Positions 24,975 through 39,359 of a DNA stretch of 64,000 bases are shown in pieces. The translations under genes and the position numbers were made by a program. The stretch comes from Octopus vulgaris (Eukaryota): contig OX597820.1 of NCBI GenBank assembly GCA_951406725.2, positions 72,044,001-72,108,000 on the forward strand, written 5' to 3'. The notes below the pieces were generated by a model, which did not search any database, was not told the origin of the DNA, and was given only the letters and a program-made list of their open reading frames with translations. The stretch's first letter is position 1; each line of letters starts with the position of its first letter.

Positions 24975-25415
24975 GGAAAAAGGAAAAAATTTTTTAAATA
25001 TATATAGAAAATAAAAAAATTTAAATTAATGGAAGTTAAAACATATGGGAAAGCTTGAGCAGGAACATAGCAGAAATATGGATTCCAGCTGTGATCATGG
25101 GGGGGCCCAAAACCATAAGAGGTATTTTGTGACATATAGACATGACCCAGAAAGTTCAGTTCTTGAATTTAAATGTAGCAGAGAAAGATGGCTCATCTGG
25201 AAAATTTCCTTCGACCCCACTACATGTTTAAATTCAAGAACTGAACTTTTTGGAACATGTCCATATGTCACAAAATACCTGTTACGGTTTTGCGTGCCCC
25301 ACCCCACAAGATCACAGCTGCAATTTCTACTATGTTCCTGCACAAGATTTCCTATATGCTTTAACTTCCATTAATTTTTTATTTGTTACTTTTTATATAT
25401 ATATTTTTCCTTTTT
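24975..25415. mobile_element. Diverged fold-back of a Penelope 3' end (41-nt spacer 25179-25219)
   Basis: Both arms encode LNSRTEL(F/S)G(T/S)C(P/L)YVTKYLL, resembling the PLE C-terminal LNKRSELxSKCRHxNKFLL motif, in opposite orientations. Confidence 0.8.
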
Positions 25416-25831
25416 AAGTGAGTGAGTGTGGACGTGTGTTTGTATATATATGTATGTATATATTATATTTATATGTGTGTATGTGCATATGTATGTATAT
25501 GAGTGTAAGACTGTGTCCGGTGCATATGTACAACTTTCATGCACATGCCCCTTCATTTATAAGGATATGCATATGTTTGTACATATGCGGAAGTGTAAAT
25601 TTATATCTGTATATGTATACGTATATCTATAGATATAAATGTCTAAATATATATGTATTATGTTACATGCATGCATGTAAGCACCTATGTGTATATGAGG
25701 ATGAGGTTGTGTACACATATACATATATATATATATGTTTATGTACACACATATATATATATATGTTTATATCTCTCTCTCTATATATATATATATATAC
25801 ACACACACATATCTATCTATCTATACATTTA

Positions 25832-26040
25832 GTGAGAATTTACAAAAAAAAAAAATAGACGAAGACGGATGTATAAACAGCAAACGGATGTATTAGTTTA
25901 AAGCTCGGGAAGTGAGAAAGTCTTTTATGTTTCGAGCCTATGCTCTTCAACAGAAAGAAACATAGAAATAAGCAAAGAGAGAAAATGGAAAAAGTTTTAG
26001 TGGCTAGTGATCTATCATAGCGAATGCTGGACAGAGGCAT
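25832..26040 (-). mobile_element. Short hammerhead-bearing PLE-terminus-like unit (family A; second copy 49678-49862)
   Basis: Colinear with 49678-49862 (tttac.aaaaaaa...gacgaagac...gatgtattagt...tttcgagccta.gctcttc.acagaaag...gatctatcat). Confidence 0.75.
25921..25958 (-). ncRNA. Minimal hammerhead-like motif with CUGUUGA core variant
   Basis: TCTTT [CTGTTGA] A GAGC atag GCTC [GAAA] CA TA AAAGA. Confidence 0.55.
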
Positions 26041-26056
26041 TATATATATATATATT

Positions 26057-28168
26057 AAATCCAGAAAAGAAGAACAAGAAATGCAGAAAAACAATGCGAG
26101 GATGTGGTTCATGTAAAGTATTAGCAGAAGAAATATGGTTTGACATTTCGAGCAATGCTCTTCTTCAGAAACAGAAGAAAGTCCAATAGAAAGGGAGATG
26201 GAGGAAAAAATCACCAACAATTCACATGTGGTTACATTTTGAAATGACCAGAAGGGAATGGATGAAGAAAAAGTTCTTTCTAAAACAGGAGAGTGTAAGA
26301 GGGGGTGTGTATGTGTGGGTATGTGCATGTACACAAGTCTGTGTATGTGTGTGTGTGTGTAATAGCACATGTGTGTGTGCAATAGCACGTATGTGTTGTG
26401 TGTGTGTGTGTGGTTTTTACTGCTTATATGTGTACGTGTCAGTGAAATTTGTGTCTCTTAAAGTCGTAGAAATAATTCAGCAGCATGGTAACAGGAGTGG
26501 TGGTCCTTTGTGGAGTTGTGTGTCTCTTCACATGTGCGTAGAGGAATGGTCAGTAGAAAGGTGTTTGACTGGCAGTTTGAAGTATGTGAGAGCATGCGTA
26601 CATATGTGTATGCGTGTATGTATATATTGTGTGTGTATGTAGTGTGTGCAGGCGTCTGTGTTTGTTAGGTATGTGTGCATTCCTATGCATGCGCATGTAT
26701 GTGTGTTGTGTGTGTGCATTATGTGTGTGTTGTGTGTGGGAGGTATATGTGAGGTGTATGTGCATTGATGTGTGTGTGTATGTATGTGTGTATGTGTATG
26801 TATGCATGTGTGTGTTTGTGTGTGTATGTGAGTGTGTGCATGAGGTTGTGTTACGTGGAGGTATATGTGCATTCCTATGTGTGTGTGTGTCTGCACATGT
26901 ATGTGCATGTGTCCGTGTGTTTGTGCATGTGTGTATGCGAGTGTGTGCATGTATGTGTGTGGTGTGTGTGGGAGGTATATGTGCATTCATGTGTATGCAT
27001 GTGTGTGTATGTATGTGTGCGTGTATACAGAAATGAAATAAAATATAATAAAATAAGATCAATAAATAAAGGGGAAAAAGGGAAAAGGGTACAAGATATA
27101 AAGAAAATTACAAAAATTAACAGATACAAGATAAAAAATTAAAAATTAAAATTAAAAGGATGAAATAGAAATTAATATAATTATAAAAAATAATGCAATT
27201 AAAAAGTGAATTCAACAGAAAAAAAAACATCAAGAAAAGGGTAACAGTGTAAAAAAGTAAGTGGGTACAAGAGAGGATAAAATATGATGAAATAAAATAT
27301 AATAAAGTAAAAAGTTGCTTTTTTTAAGGAGTTTGTAGAGACAGTCGTAAAGAGGAGGAGGTTGCGTTGAGTCTGAAAGGAATTTGTGTTTGTAGACTGA
27401 AAACGTAAGGCTGTTCTAGTCAGACTCGTGAGTCTGTGGATCTGTGGTGCTGGGCGAGGCCAAAGATGGAGATATTAGATGGTGAGTGGTTGGCCAAGCA
27501 GAAATGACAGGCAATGGGGGTGTTTGTGCATAGCTGAACATCTCTTGGATGTTCTGTGAACCGGTTGGTAAGCCAGCAGCCTGTCTGACCAATGTAGAGT
27601 TTATTACAGAAGTTACATCTAATGCAATAAATACAGCTTGAGGAGGTGCAGGAGAAGGAGTTTCTAATGTAGAGAGTGTACTGGTTGGATACAGTGAGGG
27701 AGGTGGTGTTGGTGATGAAAGGGCAGGCATAGAAGAGAGATCTAGAGCAAGGAAGGGATCTGGGTGGGGCTCGTGGGGAAGAGGAGAAGGTGCTACAGAC
27801 CAATAGATTGTGTAGGTTACGGGTGTGTTTAAAGGAGGACAAGGGTGGGTTGGGGAAAATGGGATGGGTGTTGAGATCTAGATGGAGATGACAGAAGGCC
27901 CATAGGATCCTCCAATGCAGGGGTTGAAAAGAGGGGAAATGAGATATGGTTAAGTGTGAGGAAAGAGAGAGGGTGGCAGTGCAATCAATTAGATGAGCAC
28001 AGGCAAAGGTGATCTGGACATGGTTTGAGGGGTATCCTTGATGCATGAACAGGCAGGTGAGGTACTGGGACTGGGTCTCGAAATCCTGATGCTGGCTGCA
28101 CAATCATCAAAGGTGGAGGAACTGGGAGTAGGGGATGGCCCTTTTGGTGTGGAAGGGATGGGAGATAC
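26057..28168 (-). mobile_element. Penelope-like element (GIY-YIG endonuclease) with long simple-repeat 3' UTR and hammerhead-bearing terminus
   Basis: ORF 27420-28103: SFSCTSSSCIYCIRCNFCNKLYIGQTGCWLTNRFTEH...PIACHF; C-terminal EQ..FSLQT..P..LN-like remnant near 27370; hammerhead motif downstream on the same strand. Confidence 0.85.
26138..26172 (-). ncRNA. Minimal type I hammerhead ribozyme motif
   Basis: GTTT [CTGAAGA] A GAGC att GCTC [GAAA] TG TC AAAC: canonical core, GUC site, stem I GTTT/AAAC. Confidence 0.75.
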
Positions 28169-28486
28169 ATGTGTGTGTGTGTGTGTATATGTATGTACGT
28201 ACACATGTTTATGTGAGTGTGTGCATATGTAGATGTTGTAAATGCAGGAGGTTTATGTCTATGTATTGTGAGAATATGGTTGCATGTATTTTTTCTTTTT
28301 ACTTTTTCTACCTATTAGAGTAACTTCACTTTTATTCAACAGTTTTTCATAGCCTTTATTGCCATTAATAGCCAACGAGAATGTATGGTAGCTCTTCACT
28401 CCAACTTTTGAAACCCGAGTACTATAATGTCAACCTTTTACTGTTTGTTCTAATTTATAACACACACACACATATATATATATATA

Positions 28487-28706
28487 TTTCTTTATTGCCC
28501 ACAAGGGGCTAAACATAGAGGGGACAAACAAGGACAGACAAAGGGATTAAGTCAATTACATTGACCCCAGTGCAAAAATGGTACTTTATTTATCGACCCT
28601 GAAAGGATGAAAGGCAAAGTCGACCTCGGCGGAATTTGAACTCAGAACGCAACAACAGACGAAATACTGCTAAGCATTTCACCTGGCACGCCAACGTGTC
28701 TGCCAG

Positions 28707-28711
<5 letters not shown>
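28487..28711 (-). mobile_element. tRNA-derived SINE, family 2
   Basis: gagctggcaga...gttctgagttcaaattccgccgaggtcgactttgcctttcatcctttc; other copies 19055-19242 minus, 33650-33790 minus, 40997-41208, 52612-52825, 52935-53055, 53150-53355, 55050-55225. Confidence 0.85.
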
Positions 28712-28741
<30 letters not shown>

Positions 28742-28742
<1 letters not shown>

Positions 28743-28995
28743 ATACTAATCATATCTGTCAGGCATGTGGAAGAGAGTGTAATTCGGCAGGAGGACTTAA
28801 ACGACATGCGAAGGTACATGAATCCCAGTTACAACTACAGCTGGCTTTTACCAGTAAAGGTTTTAGTTGCCAATTTTGTACAAGACATTGTAGATCTTTA
28901 GCTGGACTAAAAAGTCACATTCGATCACAGCACCAGTAACAGTTAAGCTTCGTGCAATGGCCATACACGATAACGAGGGGGCAGCCATAATAATG
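28742..28995 (+). mobile_element. 3' end of an RTE-like LINE with two C2H2 zinc fingers
   Basis: Open frame 28742-28939 HTNHICQACGRECNSAGGLKRHAKVH...FSCQFCTRHCRSLAGLKSHIRSQHQ*, short 3' UTR and (TATG)n tail; 5' end abuts (TA)n. Confidence 0.7.
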
Positions 28996-29269
28996 TATGT
29001 ATGCATTTATGTAAGTATGTATGTATGTATGTATGTATTTATGTATTTATGTATGTATGTATGTGTATACACGCACACACAGACTCATAGCTGAAGAAAT
29101 GGCTGTGTGGCCAAGAGGTTTGCGTCTCCACTGTGTGATTTTAGGATCAGTCCCATTGTATGGCACCATAGGCAAGTCTCTTCTGCTTTAGCCTGAGGTC
29201 ACTTAATGCCTGATGAGTAAATTTGGTAGACAGAAGCTGTGTGGAAGCCCATCATGCATCTATCTATCC

Positions 29270-29322
<53 letters not shown>

Positions 29323-29377
29323 ACTATCTGTCTATCTATCTACCTATCTATCTACCTTTACAGACATACACACATAC

Positions 29378-29438
<61 letters not shown>

Positions 29439-31119
29439 TATACATATATATGCATGTATGTATATACATATGTGTGTGTGTGTATGTGCCTGTCTTTGTG
29501 TTTGGTCTCCTGTTGGATGAAGATATCCAGAGTGATGGCCTGAAGGACTCCTTCCCACTAGTCTTGGAGACCCAATGAAGTGTAATACAGACTATCTTTC
29601 CCTCCTGACTATTCATCATCATCATTATCATCATCATCGTATTTCATGCTGGCAGGGGTTGGATTGTTTGACAGGAGCTGACAAGATGAAGAGCTGCACT
29701 AGGCTCCTGTCATATCTTTTGGCAAGGTTTCTATGGCTGGATTCCCTTCCTAAAGCCAACCACTTTACAGGGTGTACTGGGTACTTTTCATGTGATGCCA
29801 GTATGACTGCTTTTTTACATGATGCTGACACAGGTTCTTTTATACATGGTACCTGCACAAGTGCTTTTTTATGTGATGCAGGCACAGATGCTTTTTATGT
29901 GGCACCAGCACAGGTGCTCTTAACATGGTGCCAACATGGATGCTATTTGCAAGGCACCAGCTATGCATGTTTATAACATGGCACTGGCACAGGTATGTTT
30001 TTTGTAGCACCAGCAATAAAAACAAAATGCAAGACAAATGTAAAACAAATGCAAGCAAGTACCAAAATTGCATTTTATCGAACAGCTGTATCTGAACATA
30101 TTTGAAAGGTAATCAGTACTAACGAGAGCCTGCTGGAAAGATTCTTTGTTTGTTTCTATCCAGAATTAAAAGTTTGAATAACTTCTATGACTAGTTACTT
30201 TATTTTAAATAATAGATAGATGAGGTTGCAGGAAACACAGGATTGATAACTTGAAAGTATCTAATTCAATCCCTAGATTTAGAAAAAGCATCTCTCTGTA
30301 AAATATATGTCAGAAACTGTTCATGTAAGACAACTAGATTTTCATATATATTCAGTTTTCTGCATTTGAAAAGAAAACATTTAATAAAGCCAAAAAACCA
30401 AATGTATTTCCAATTTTCCTATTCAGCTGATAGAAAAGGAATGCAATATGTTTTAAAGTTTGATAAAAATCCATCTTCTGTAAGTCAATTTGAATTCTGA
30501 CTCAGTTTTATCCCATTTTTATATCCTGTCTTTCTTTTTTACTAACTTTAGAATAGAATTGAAAATATCATAGTTTGCTTTCCAGCTTAAAATTCATACA
30601 AAATTTCGTCTCTTATTTCAATAATAACAAGTAATATTGCAGAGGCATAGAAATACTCAAGATGGTAAACAAGTTTACTATAATATGCTTTGGTAGTGAT
30701 GTGGCCCTTAAAAAGCTCAATCATAGAAGTAGATGGTTTGATGCATTAACATTATAGTTGCAAGTGTTACTTTGTGCATTTCATCTTGTATCTGAGTAAA
30801 GGTGCATGGTGTAGTGGTTAACATGTGGCACTCATGATCGCAGGATCTTGGTTTTGATTCTCAGACCAAGCAGTGCATTGTGTTCTTGAGAAAATCACTT
30901 CATTTCATGTTGTTCCAGAAACTGGGTAACTGGTCCTATGAGTTCTAAGACTTGAGACAGTAATGTCCAGGGGTTTGATGATGACAATGATGATGACAAC
31001 AATGACGACGAAGACGATGATGATAATGACGATGGCAATGACAACAACGGCAATGATGATGATGGTTGGTGGTGACAGCAACTGTGATGACAACAAGCTT
31101 CTGTCTGTGATCCGCTTAA

Positions 31120-31359
31120 CCCTTTTGTTACTGTATTCGTTTTGAGATGCTCTGTGTTTCTTTCAATTACTTTAAATATAACAAAGAATTTAAATATAAC
31201 AAAGACTTTAGTAAAATAACTCAATTATCATTCAGCTTGTGTTAGGAACATAAATTGTGACTAAGGTTTGATGGAAGATTTTAATTCAAAACTTATGAAA
31301 GCAAAACATTTGTACTCAGAGAGCCAGAGCCAGTTTCAGCTGGGTTGATAACGAAAGGG
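31120..31359. mobile_element. piggyBac-like MITE
   Basis: TTAA|cccttttgtta ... taacgaaaggg|TTAA. Confidence 0.85.
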
Positions 31360-34224
31360 TTAAATATTCATTTGGTATTACAGAAACTTTAGCAAGAGAT
31401 CATTTACAGTTGATGCACATAGTAATAATAAGGGACATCAGCATTGATCTGCTTGGGCCATGGATTCTCACCTTCCCCAACATGTATTATTTTGTGTCTG
31501 ATATATTGTATCCATGTGCACCACTTCAGATTACTCAATCAAGAAAAGATACTGGGGTCAGCTCCAGTGAAATTTACTTCACTTAAAAGAAAATTCCTTG
31601 AGCAGGCTGTTCTGTAACTACACTATAACAAACTATAGTATTGTTCAAAAATTACAATATAAAATAAAGTAAAGTTTTGAAATAAGAAAGCAAGTAATTC
31701 CTGTTTACCATAGTTTTGCATTTCAGCTGCTTTCCTATCAAAAGTTTTTTATTCTTCATCAAGCCAGACTAAACTCATCTTTGAAATAAAGTAATGGCTT
31801 CACAGTTGTTGTTGCTGTTGTTGCTGTCTTTTTATCACATTCAACAAAAATCCCACCTTGGCACCACATAAAGCCTTCTTATTGATTGATTGCTCCTTTG
31901 AGTAGTAACCACACTTAAAGATAAGAAGTAGAAGGGTTTGCAATTCTGATTTAACTGTCTAGCAGTTTATATTCTTAATTCACAAATACAAATGTATATA
32001 TATGTATGTATATATATATATATACATATATATAATGTTGCACATGGTTGTTTTTCTTTATATTATGTCTTTATGTGTTGATGTTTATGTTATTGTTACA
32101 ATCATTCACAAATGCATGTACACTTGCATGCATGTGGTTGCATGTGCTCATGCATGTGTGTGTGTGTGTGTTTTACAATGCTGACATATGCATACTTACA
32201 CAAATGTGCACATTTGTATGTTTAGGTTACAAAGCTTACCCCACTTTCTCACACACACACACATCCACACACACACACACATCCACACATACACACACAT
32301 CCACACACGTGCGCACATGCGCACACACAGACACAAAGGATTCGGCAAACCAACCAACTACAATTTTAGATTTCTCTTAGGAATACTTTTTTTAAAAGAA
32401 CTACTAAAAGCTATGACCTATTAGACTGATGAAAGTAAAAAAGAAAATAGAAAAATAGAAAAACACCCACAACAACAACAGCAACAACAAACATTAAGCT
32501 CAGTAAATGTTAATACTACCTTATATTCTGGAATGATATCATTGAAAATTATAAAGCTCTAAATGTTTAGTACAGGGTGAGAGAGACTGAGATTTCTGCT
32601 AGTTCTTCCTTTCTAGAGTAGAACCTGTTTTTTGTAAATTTCTACTTCACTTCCTTCTTAGCCAGCTGCTAGCATATCAATCATAAAGCAAGTAGCTTCT
32701 TTTTACATGCTAGTCAATTCAGTTGAGGTTTTGTATAGTCGCAAAATACTGAAGAATGGTATATGCTCCTTCCTGTACATTTTTTGTGTTTTAACACTTC
32801 AATGCTTCTTTGCTACTCTGTAAAGAAGTAAAGAAGCTACCACTTTCGGGGAAAAAAAATAAAGATTGATCAGACTCTTTTAACTCACAGAATTTCGAGG
32901 TTTCATTTTCTTATATGTTAAATCCGATAACAATTTTTTTTTTTTTTTAAATGGAAATCTTATAACTGCCTGAAATAGTCAAGTACTCAAATATTGTGTT
33001 ATTTTTGTAGTGTACTAGGAGATTTTATCTTATTCTTTATACTGGTGGATATATAATAGATTATGATGGCAAGATAACTTACTTCATTCTAATGTATGTT
33101 TGTACACTTTAGTATAAAACCAGGTTGTTTTCATACCAATGAATGGGCATTGTGACCTACTAGAAATAGTAACCAAATCTCCTTTGTATCACACCTTACT
33201 TTCTTAAAAAGTAAAGGATTCATTCGGTAATGGAGTCTTAACTGAAACATCTGGGAAAAAAAAACAAAAAAAACGGTTGGTCACAGATGGAATGTCTTTT
33301 GTCATAATCTGCTTAATCAATCCTGACTAACGTCCTAATTGAACAGATTATACTCAGTCAGGCCCCTGAAATGACCTGTTTGTTTTTTTCCTTTTTTTCA
33401 TCATCATCATCATCATCCTCATCCTCATCTTCATTTAATGTCCACATTCCATGCTGTCATAGGTTGGATGGTCTTATAGGATTTAATAGGCTCAAGGACA
33501 GCATTATGCTCCAGTGTCTCTTTTGGTTTGGTTTCCATGGTTGGATACCCTTCCTAACACCAACCACTTTACTGCCTGTTCTGGTTTCCTTTACACAATT
33601 TCTTACAAAGCCACCAAGTCAGAAATTTTTGGTTAAGTTGCAATGTTAGTTAATTAAATTAACCCTACTTTTAGTCTGATGTTCTATTTTATTGCTCCTG
33701 GAAGGACAAAATGCAAAACTAGCCTGAACAGAATTTGAACTCTGATTGTAAAGGCCAGAATAGATACCATTAGGCTTTTTGTCCCACAATCCAACACTCT
33801 CTTTTATTATATAATAATAATGTAAGATGAAAATTAAACATTTGTTGCCTATACATATGATCAAAATATTGAAGAATTATTCATCATTGATCACGATCAA
33901 AAGACTTCATAAATTATTTTTGAAAACAAAATGTGATTATTCTCATTAATAGTTGAACAATTTGAAAATGTAATAAGCTAATAAAAATAAAATGATTATT
34001 ACTCAGTAAATTAAGAGTAGTTATTTTTAGCTGAAAACTAAGTAGATTCTGTGTCTATCCTTAGATTCACTGTCTCTGCGTATACAGACATACATGCATA
34101 CATACATACATACATACATACATACATACATACATACATACATACATACATACATACATACATACATACATACATACATACATACATACATACATACATA
34201 CATACATACATACATACATACATA

Positions 34225-34565
34225 CTTACATATGTTGAACTAATGAGAAATCTGCAGTTACTCTATCCAGATTACAAGTTCAGGTTATTACCTGTAATTA
34301 TTGGGGCCCTGGGATATGTAAAACACTGCCTACATACCAATCTTGAGAATCTAGGCTTCTCAGAACCAGAAAGGAGAAAGCTAATTCGAAGACTGCAGTT
34401 CCAATCCATTATTCAAACTGTAAAAATCTGTAAAACTTTACAGATGTTTATCATTTAAATATATATGAGCATGTCTAGAAATGCAACTACATGCATGAGA
34501 ATACATACATAAAACAAAACATACAAATCTGCACACATACATACATACATACATACATACATACA

Positions 34566-34596
<31 letters not shown>

Positions 34597-34700
34597 CCTA
34601 TTGTTGATGATGAAATTGCAATGAAGGAGCTTTGAATCTAGGTTAGAAACTGGCTCTTTCTCTATTGGTAAGAAATCTTGAAATAAACTAAGCAATGACA
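34225..34700 (+). mobile_element. 3' end of an R4/Dong-like RLE non-LTR element inserted in (CATA)n
   Basis: YVELMRNLQLLYPDYKFRLLPVIIGALGYV...TVKICKT; homologous to 47000-47290. Confidence 0.75.
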
Positions 34701-35819
34701 TACATGCATATCATCATCATTTTACGTCTGCTATCCATGCTGTCATGTGTTGGACAAGTTGTTTATTACTGACACCCTAGACAGATCAGAGGACCATGTT
34801 CACTTCTGTCTTGGTTTCTGTGACTGATGTTCCTACTGTCACCAGCCACCTAGCATAGCATATTAGATGCACTTTATCATGGTGGCAGCACTAAAGAGTT
34901 TCTGTTGTCCTTGACCAGACTAGAAGGCCATCTCAACCCAATATCATCTTCACTCACTAGCCAACCAGCCATATCCAGCCCAAATATTCTGCCTTATTTT
35001 ATGTTAAACTTGGCCACATCTAGCCTCTCACACCTACCCAACAAACTCAGTCTAAAAATATGCAAACACACCATTGAAATATTGAAACTACAAGATAATG
35101 CTTGATTAATTTTTTTTTAAATGTGGATAAATAAGCAAAATATTGGACAAAGAAATCTGAATGCTGAAAGGTTAATGTGCCTTATTTGTCAAACTGCTTG
35201 GTAAAATGCAACAAACCTAAACACAGGTGTGGTTATACACACACAAATCCATGTACACATACACCAATATACATGGCCTCTCTAAATAATTTCTCTCAAA
35301 TAAATTGTATTCAGATGGCCTTGGTTGTTCCAGCATTGTAGTAAAAAAAAAAACTTGCTCAAGGTACCATGCAGCTGGACTAAATTGAAAATCACGGAAC
35401 CTGACATTAAATCCTGACACGGCTCAGCAGCCCATTGGGTGCTCTCAGAACATCCAGTGTATTCCAGTTTGGAAAACAGATGCTAAATGATGATGATGAT
35501 GATGATGCTGGTGGTGTAGTTTAAAAGCACATTTTTTTTACCTCCCACCAGGCATATGCTTATATATATATTTATTAAATACACAAGTACATACATATAC
35601 ATACACACAGCAACACACATTACAACATCCAACAAAATTAGATTCTAAGTTTTATTGTGGAAGCTATTATATATTTTATTGTGTTATAATACTCTGTGGT
35701 TTTATAACACTCTCTCATATTGATTACTATATAACTTGGTGGCTTATCTGTAAATCATTACAAAGGAACTATTAATATCATATACATACATAGATATACA
35801 TCCTTGCAGCATATATGAG

Positions 35820-35858
<39 letters not shown>

Positions 35859-35994
35859 GCACACATATATTATATATACATATGTGTGTGTGTGTGTGTG
35901 TGTTTAGATATGTATAAATATATATATATATGGGTGTGTGTATATATATGGGTGTCAAATACATATATACATACGTATATATGTATTTGAGTAT

Positions 35995-36035
<41 letters not shown>

Positions 36036-36420
36036 CATACATACATACACACATATATATATATGCATGTGGGGTGGAGTTTATACATGATTAAGCTATG
36101 AACAAGCTAAAAGAGAACTCAATACGGGGTATATCAAATGGCTGGTCTGTTTGTAATAAAGCTATTTGACATTTCTTGACATCAAGTTTCATGCTGTTAG
36201 GGTATCCCCAAGGAAACCGTTAGGTAATCATTAGACAGAAAGGCAGTAATAGAACAACTGCTAACTTCTCGCAGTGGACTTCACTTCTGGTGATTACAGT
36301 TTATTTATATGCTTCCTGCGTTCTGGAAGATGACGTTTTTCTGGTCTACTTACTGTTACTGCTTATGTACACATGCTATATATGCTCATACACCCACACA
36401 AACACATGCACACGTATGCG

Positions 36421-36540
<120 letters not shown>

Positions 36541-36758
36541 AGAAAGAGAGAGAGAGAGAGAGAGATGAATATACTTGCATACAAACACTGATCTCTATAT
36601 ATATATGTGTGTGTATGTGTGTGTGTGTGTGTGTGTGTACACCTACATATTTGAATATTTATATTCACACACACATACATGCCCACATATATACTTATGC
36701 TTGATGTATGTGTTTGTGTGTGTACTTGTATTTAAACATTCTTTTGTATACACATGTA

Positions 36759-37875
36759 CGAGGCCTGATCAATAGGTATCCGGACTGACGCTATAAAAAC
36801 GAAACTACAACACATATCAATTTGGCATTTAATCTCCTTCAAAGTAGTCTTCTTCAGAAGCCACACACTAAATCCAGTACTGTGTCCATTGATGGGGCCA
36901 TTTCTGGAACTCATTTTCTGGGATAATCATCAGCTGCCTTGTATTAACTTTGATTTCCTCAACACCCTGAAGTTTTCTTCCGTTCATGTGGGATGTGATT
37001 TTTGGAAAGCGGGAAAAGTTGCAAGGGGCAAGATCTGAGGAATATGGTGGCAATCGGATCTGGGGAATGCTATGCCTGGTCAAAGACTGTTGTTGAATGG
37101 GCAGGTGCATTGTCATGGTGCAACTGTCACTCATCAGATGCATGCATTTGTGGCCTTTTCTGATGAATAGCATCCTGTAAAACATCATGGTAGTATAACT
37201 TGTTTACTATCTGACCAGGTGGAGCATACACATGATGAGCAATCCCCTTGTAGTCAAAGAAAACGGTCAGTAATGTCTTCACATTGCTTTGACTCATTCA
37301 TGCTTTCTTTGGTCTCGGAGAGTTTGGGGCACAAACTTGGCAGACACGTGTCTCATACCCAAATCTTCAAGGATAATGGACTGAACTAAACCGTAACTAA
37401 CCTGCACCTCCTCTGATAACTCCCAGATAGTGATTCCATGATTTCCCCTCACAGCTCCACACACATCATAGATGTGTGTGGAGAAACATCTATGATGTTT
37501 CTCTCAGTTCTGCTGGTTGCAGGTCTCCCAGAATGTTGGCCATCTGGGAAACATATGAACCACTTGTGTGCAGCTCATACACTCCTCTCCATACACTTTC
37601 TACAACTTTGCATAGGCCTCTGAGCAGGAATCGCCCAACTTTTGGCAAAATTCGTTGGAGATTCTCTGCTCAACTTTCTCCATCATGGTCAATGTGACGA
37701 TCACACACCACACACATTACAGCACTGCTGTAAATAGCAGAAGTGAACTAGAATGATAGAACTTATTGCCCATGCACAACAGAGTTTAAGGTCAATCTGT
37801 GCCAAGGGGCTTTACTCTGTGTGCTTTAGCTCCGTTACTATGGCAATCGTCCGGATACTTATTGATCAGACTGTG
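36759..37875 (-). mobile_element. Decayed mariner transposon (different family from 7311-8599)
   Basis: TIRs cgaggcctgatcaataggtatccggac / gtccggatacttattgatcagactgtg with TA flanks; PPYSSDLAPCNFSRFPK motif. Confidence 0.9.
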
Positions 37876-38274
37876 TACATACTTAAATGTTTATATTCCC
37901 ACATGCTTATGTACAGATGTATACACACTCTCACACACATATAGTTATATATGTATGTGTGGGTTAGATGTGAGTATATACTTGTGTGTGTGTGTGTGTG
38001 CGCGCGTGTGTGAGTGTGTGTGTGTGTGCATGTTATGGTACTTTCTATGGCAAGATCTAAGAATCTAAAATCTGGATATTAGCGTCTTTGCAGTAGAGAT
38101 TGGTTGTGATATTTTTATTTACCTTAATTTTCATCTTTCACATATTAAGAGAAACATTCTGTATCATTATCATCATCATCGTTTAACGTCCGCTTTCCAT
38201 GCTAACATGGGTTGGACAGTTTGACTGAGGACTGGTGAGCCAGAGGCTGCACCAGGCTCAATCTGATCTGGCTT

Positions 38275-39000
38275 AATATTGCAAAACCTATATGTTGAGT
38301 AGTTATGGACACATATTGACAAGAAAGAGATGACTGGTAAAAAAATAATCCTGAAAAATTTAGTAAACCATACCCTAACGAAAGCAAAATAGAACCCAGT
38401 CTTTGTTTTACAGAGAAATCATCACAATGAGGGAGAATACAAAAACATAAATATTGCATTTGTAGTCACCCATAATCCTAGAAACCACAACTTCTTACAT
38501 TCAGCCAAATGTACCTTCCAATCCTACACCAATTGTCCAAATCTCAAATAAATAACTGAAGAATTAGAAATTATCAATAGTCAAAGACAACTACCAAATC
38601 TTAAAGGACTCTTAACAAAAGTGGAATTCATATTAGAAGAAGAAATAGTGTCAGTAACAAAATACGGGTCATTGAGAAATTTTAAAGATAATTGACAAGA
38701 AACATCCTAAAGATTCAAGAATGTGAAGGAATTGAAGATTAATGATAAATTGATTGGCAAAACAAGAAATCTCATTTACTACATGAGATGCTTTCAGTGC
38801 AATGAGAATTATATCAACCAAATGGGATCAAAATTAACACATCAGGTTAGGGTACATAAGCAACAACTCAAAGATTCATTTCTTAGAAATGTTCCATACA
38901 GTTCAAAATATTCATTTCTTTTCAAAATAAAGGAAGAGAGTGGTCAATTATGAAAGGCACAAGAATGATTTATAAGAATTCTAAATCTGATACTAAACTG
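38275..39000 (+). mobile_element. Penelope-like GIY-YIG remnant
   Basis: LPNLKGLLTK and NLIYYMRCFQCNENYINQMGSKLTHQVRVHKQQLK. Confidence 0.75.
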
Positions 39001-39263
39001 GAAATAGTCAACTCCACTATTAGCAACAACTTCCTCTCTTGCTCCATAGCACATTTGTTTGAAAAGCTGTTAAGCACTTATGCAATATGAAAACTTCCAT
39101 CCAAAAGATTTGTCATTCTGTTTTGTTTTTTTTATTTTCTTTTATGTACCCTTTTACTTTTTTACTTGTTTCAGTATTTTAATGTGGCCATGCTGGAGCA
39201 TTGCCTTAAGCATAATTGATAATTTTTTAATAAAACAAAATCATTTTTCAAATATATATTGTT

Positions 39264-39359
<96 letters not shown>

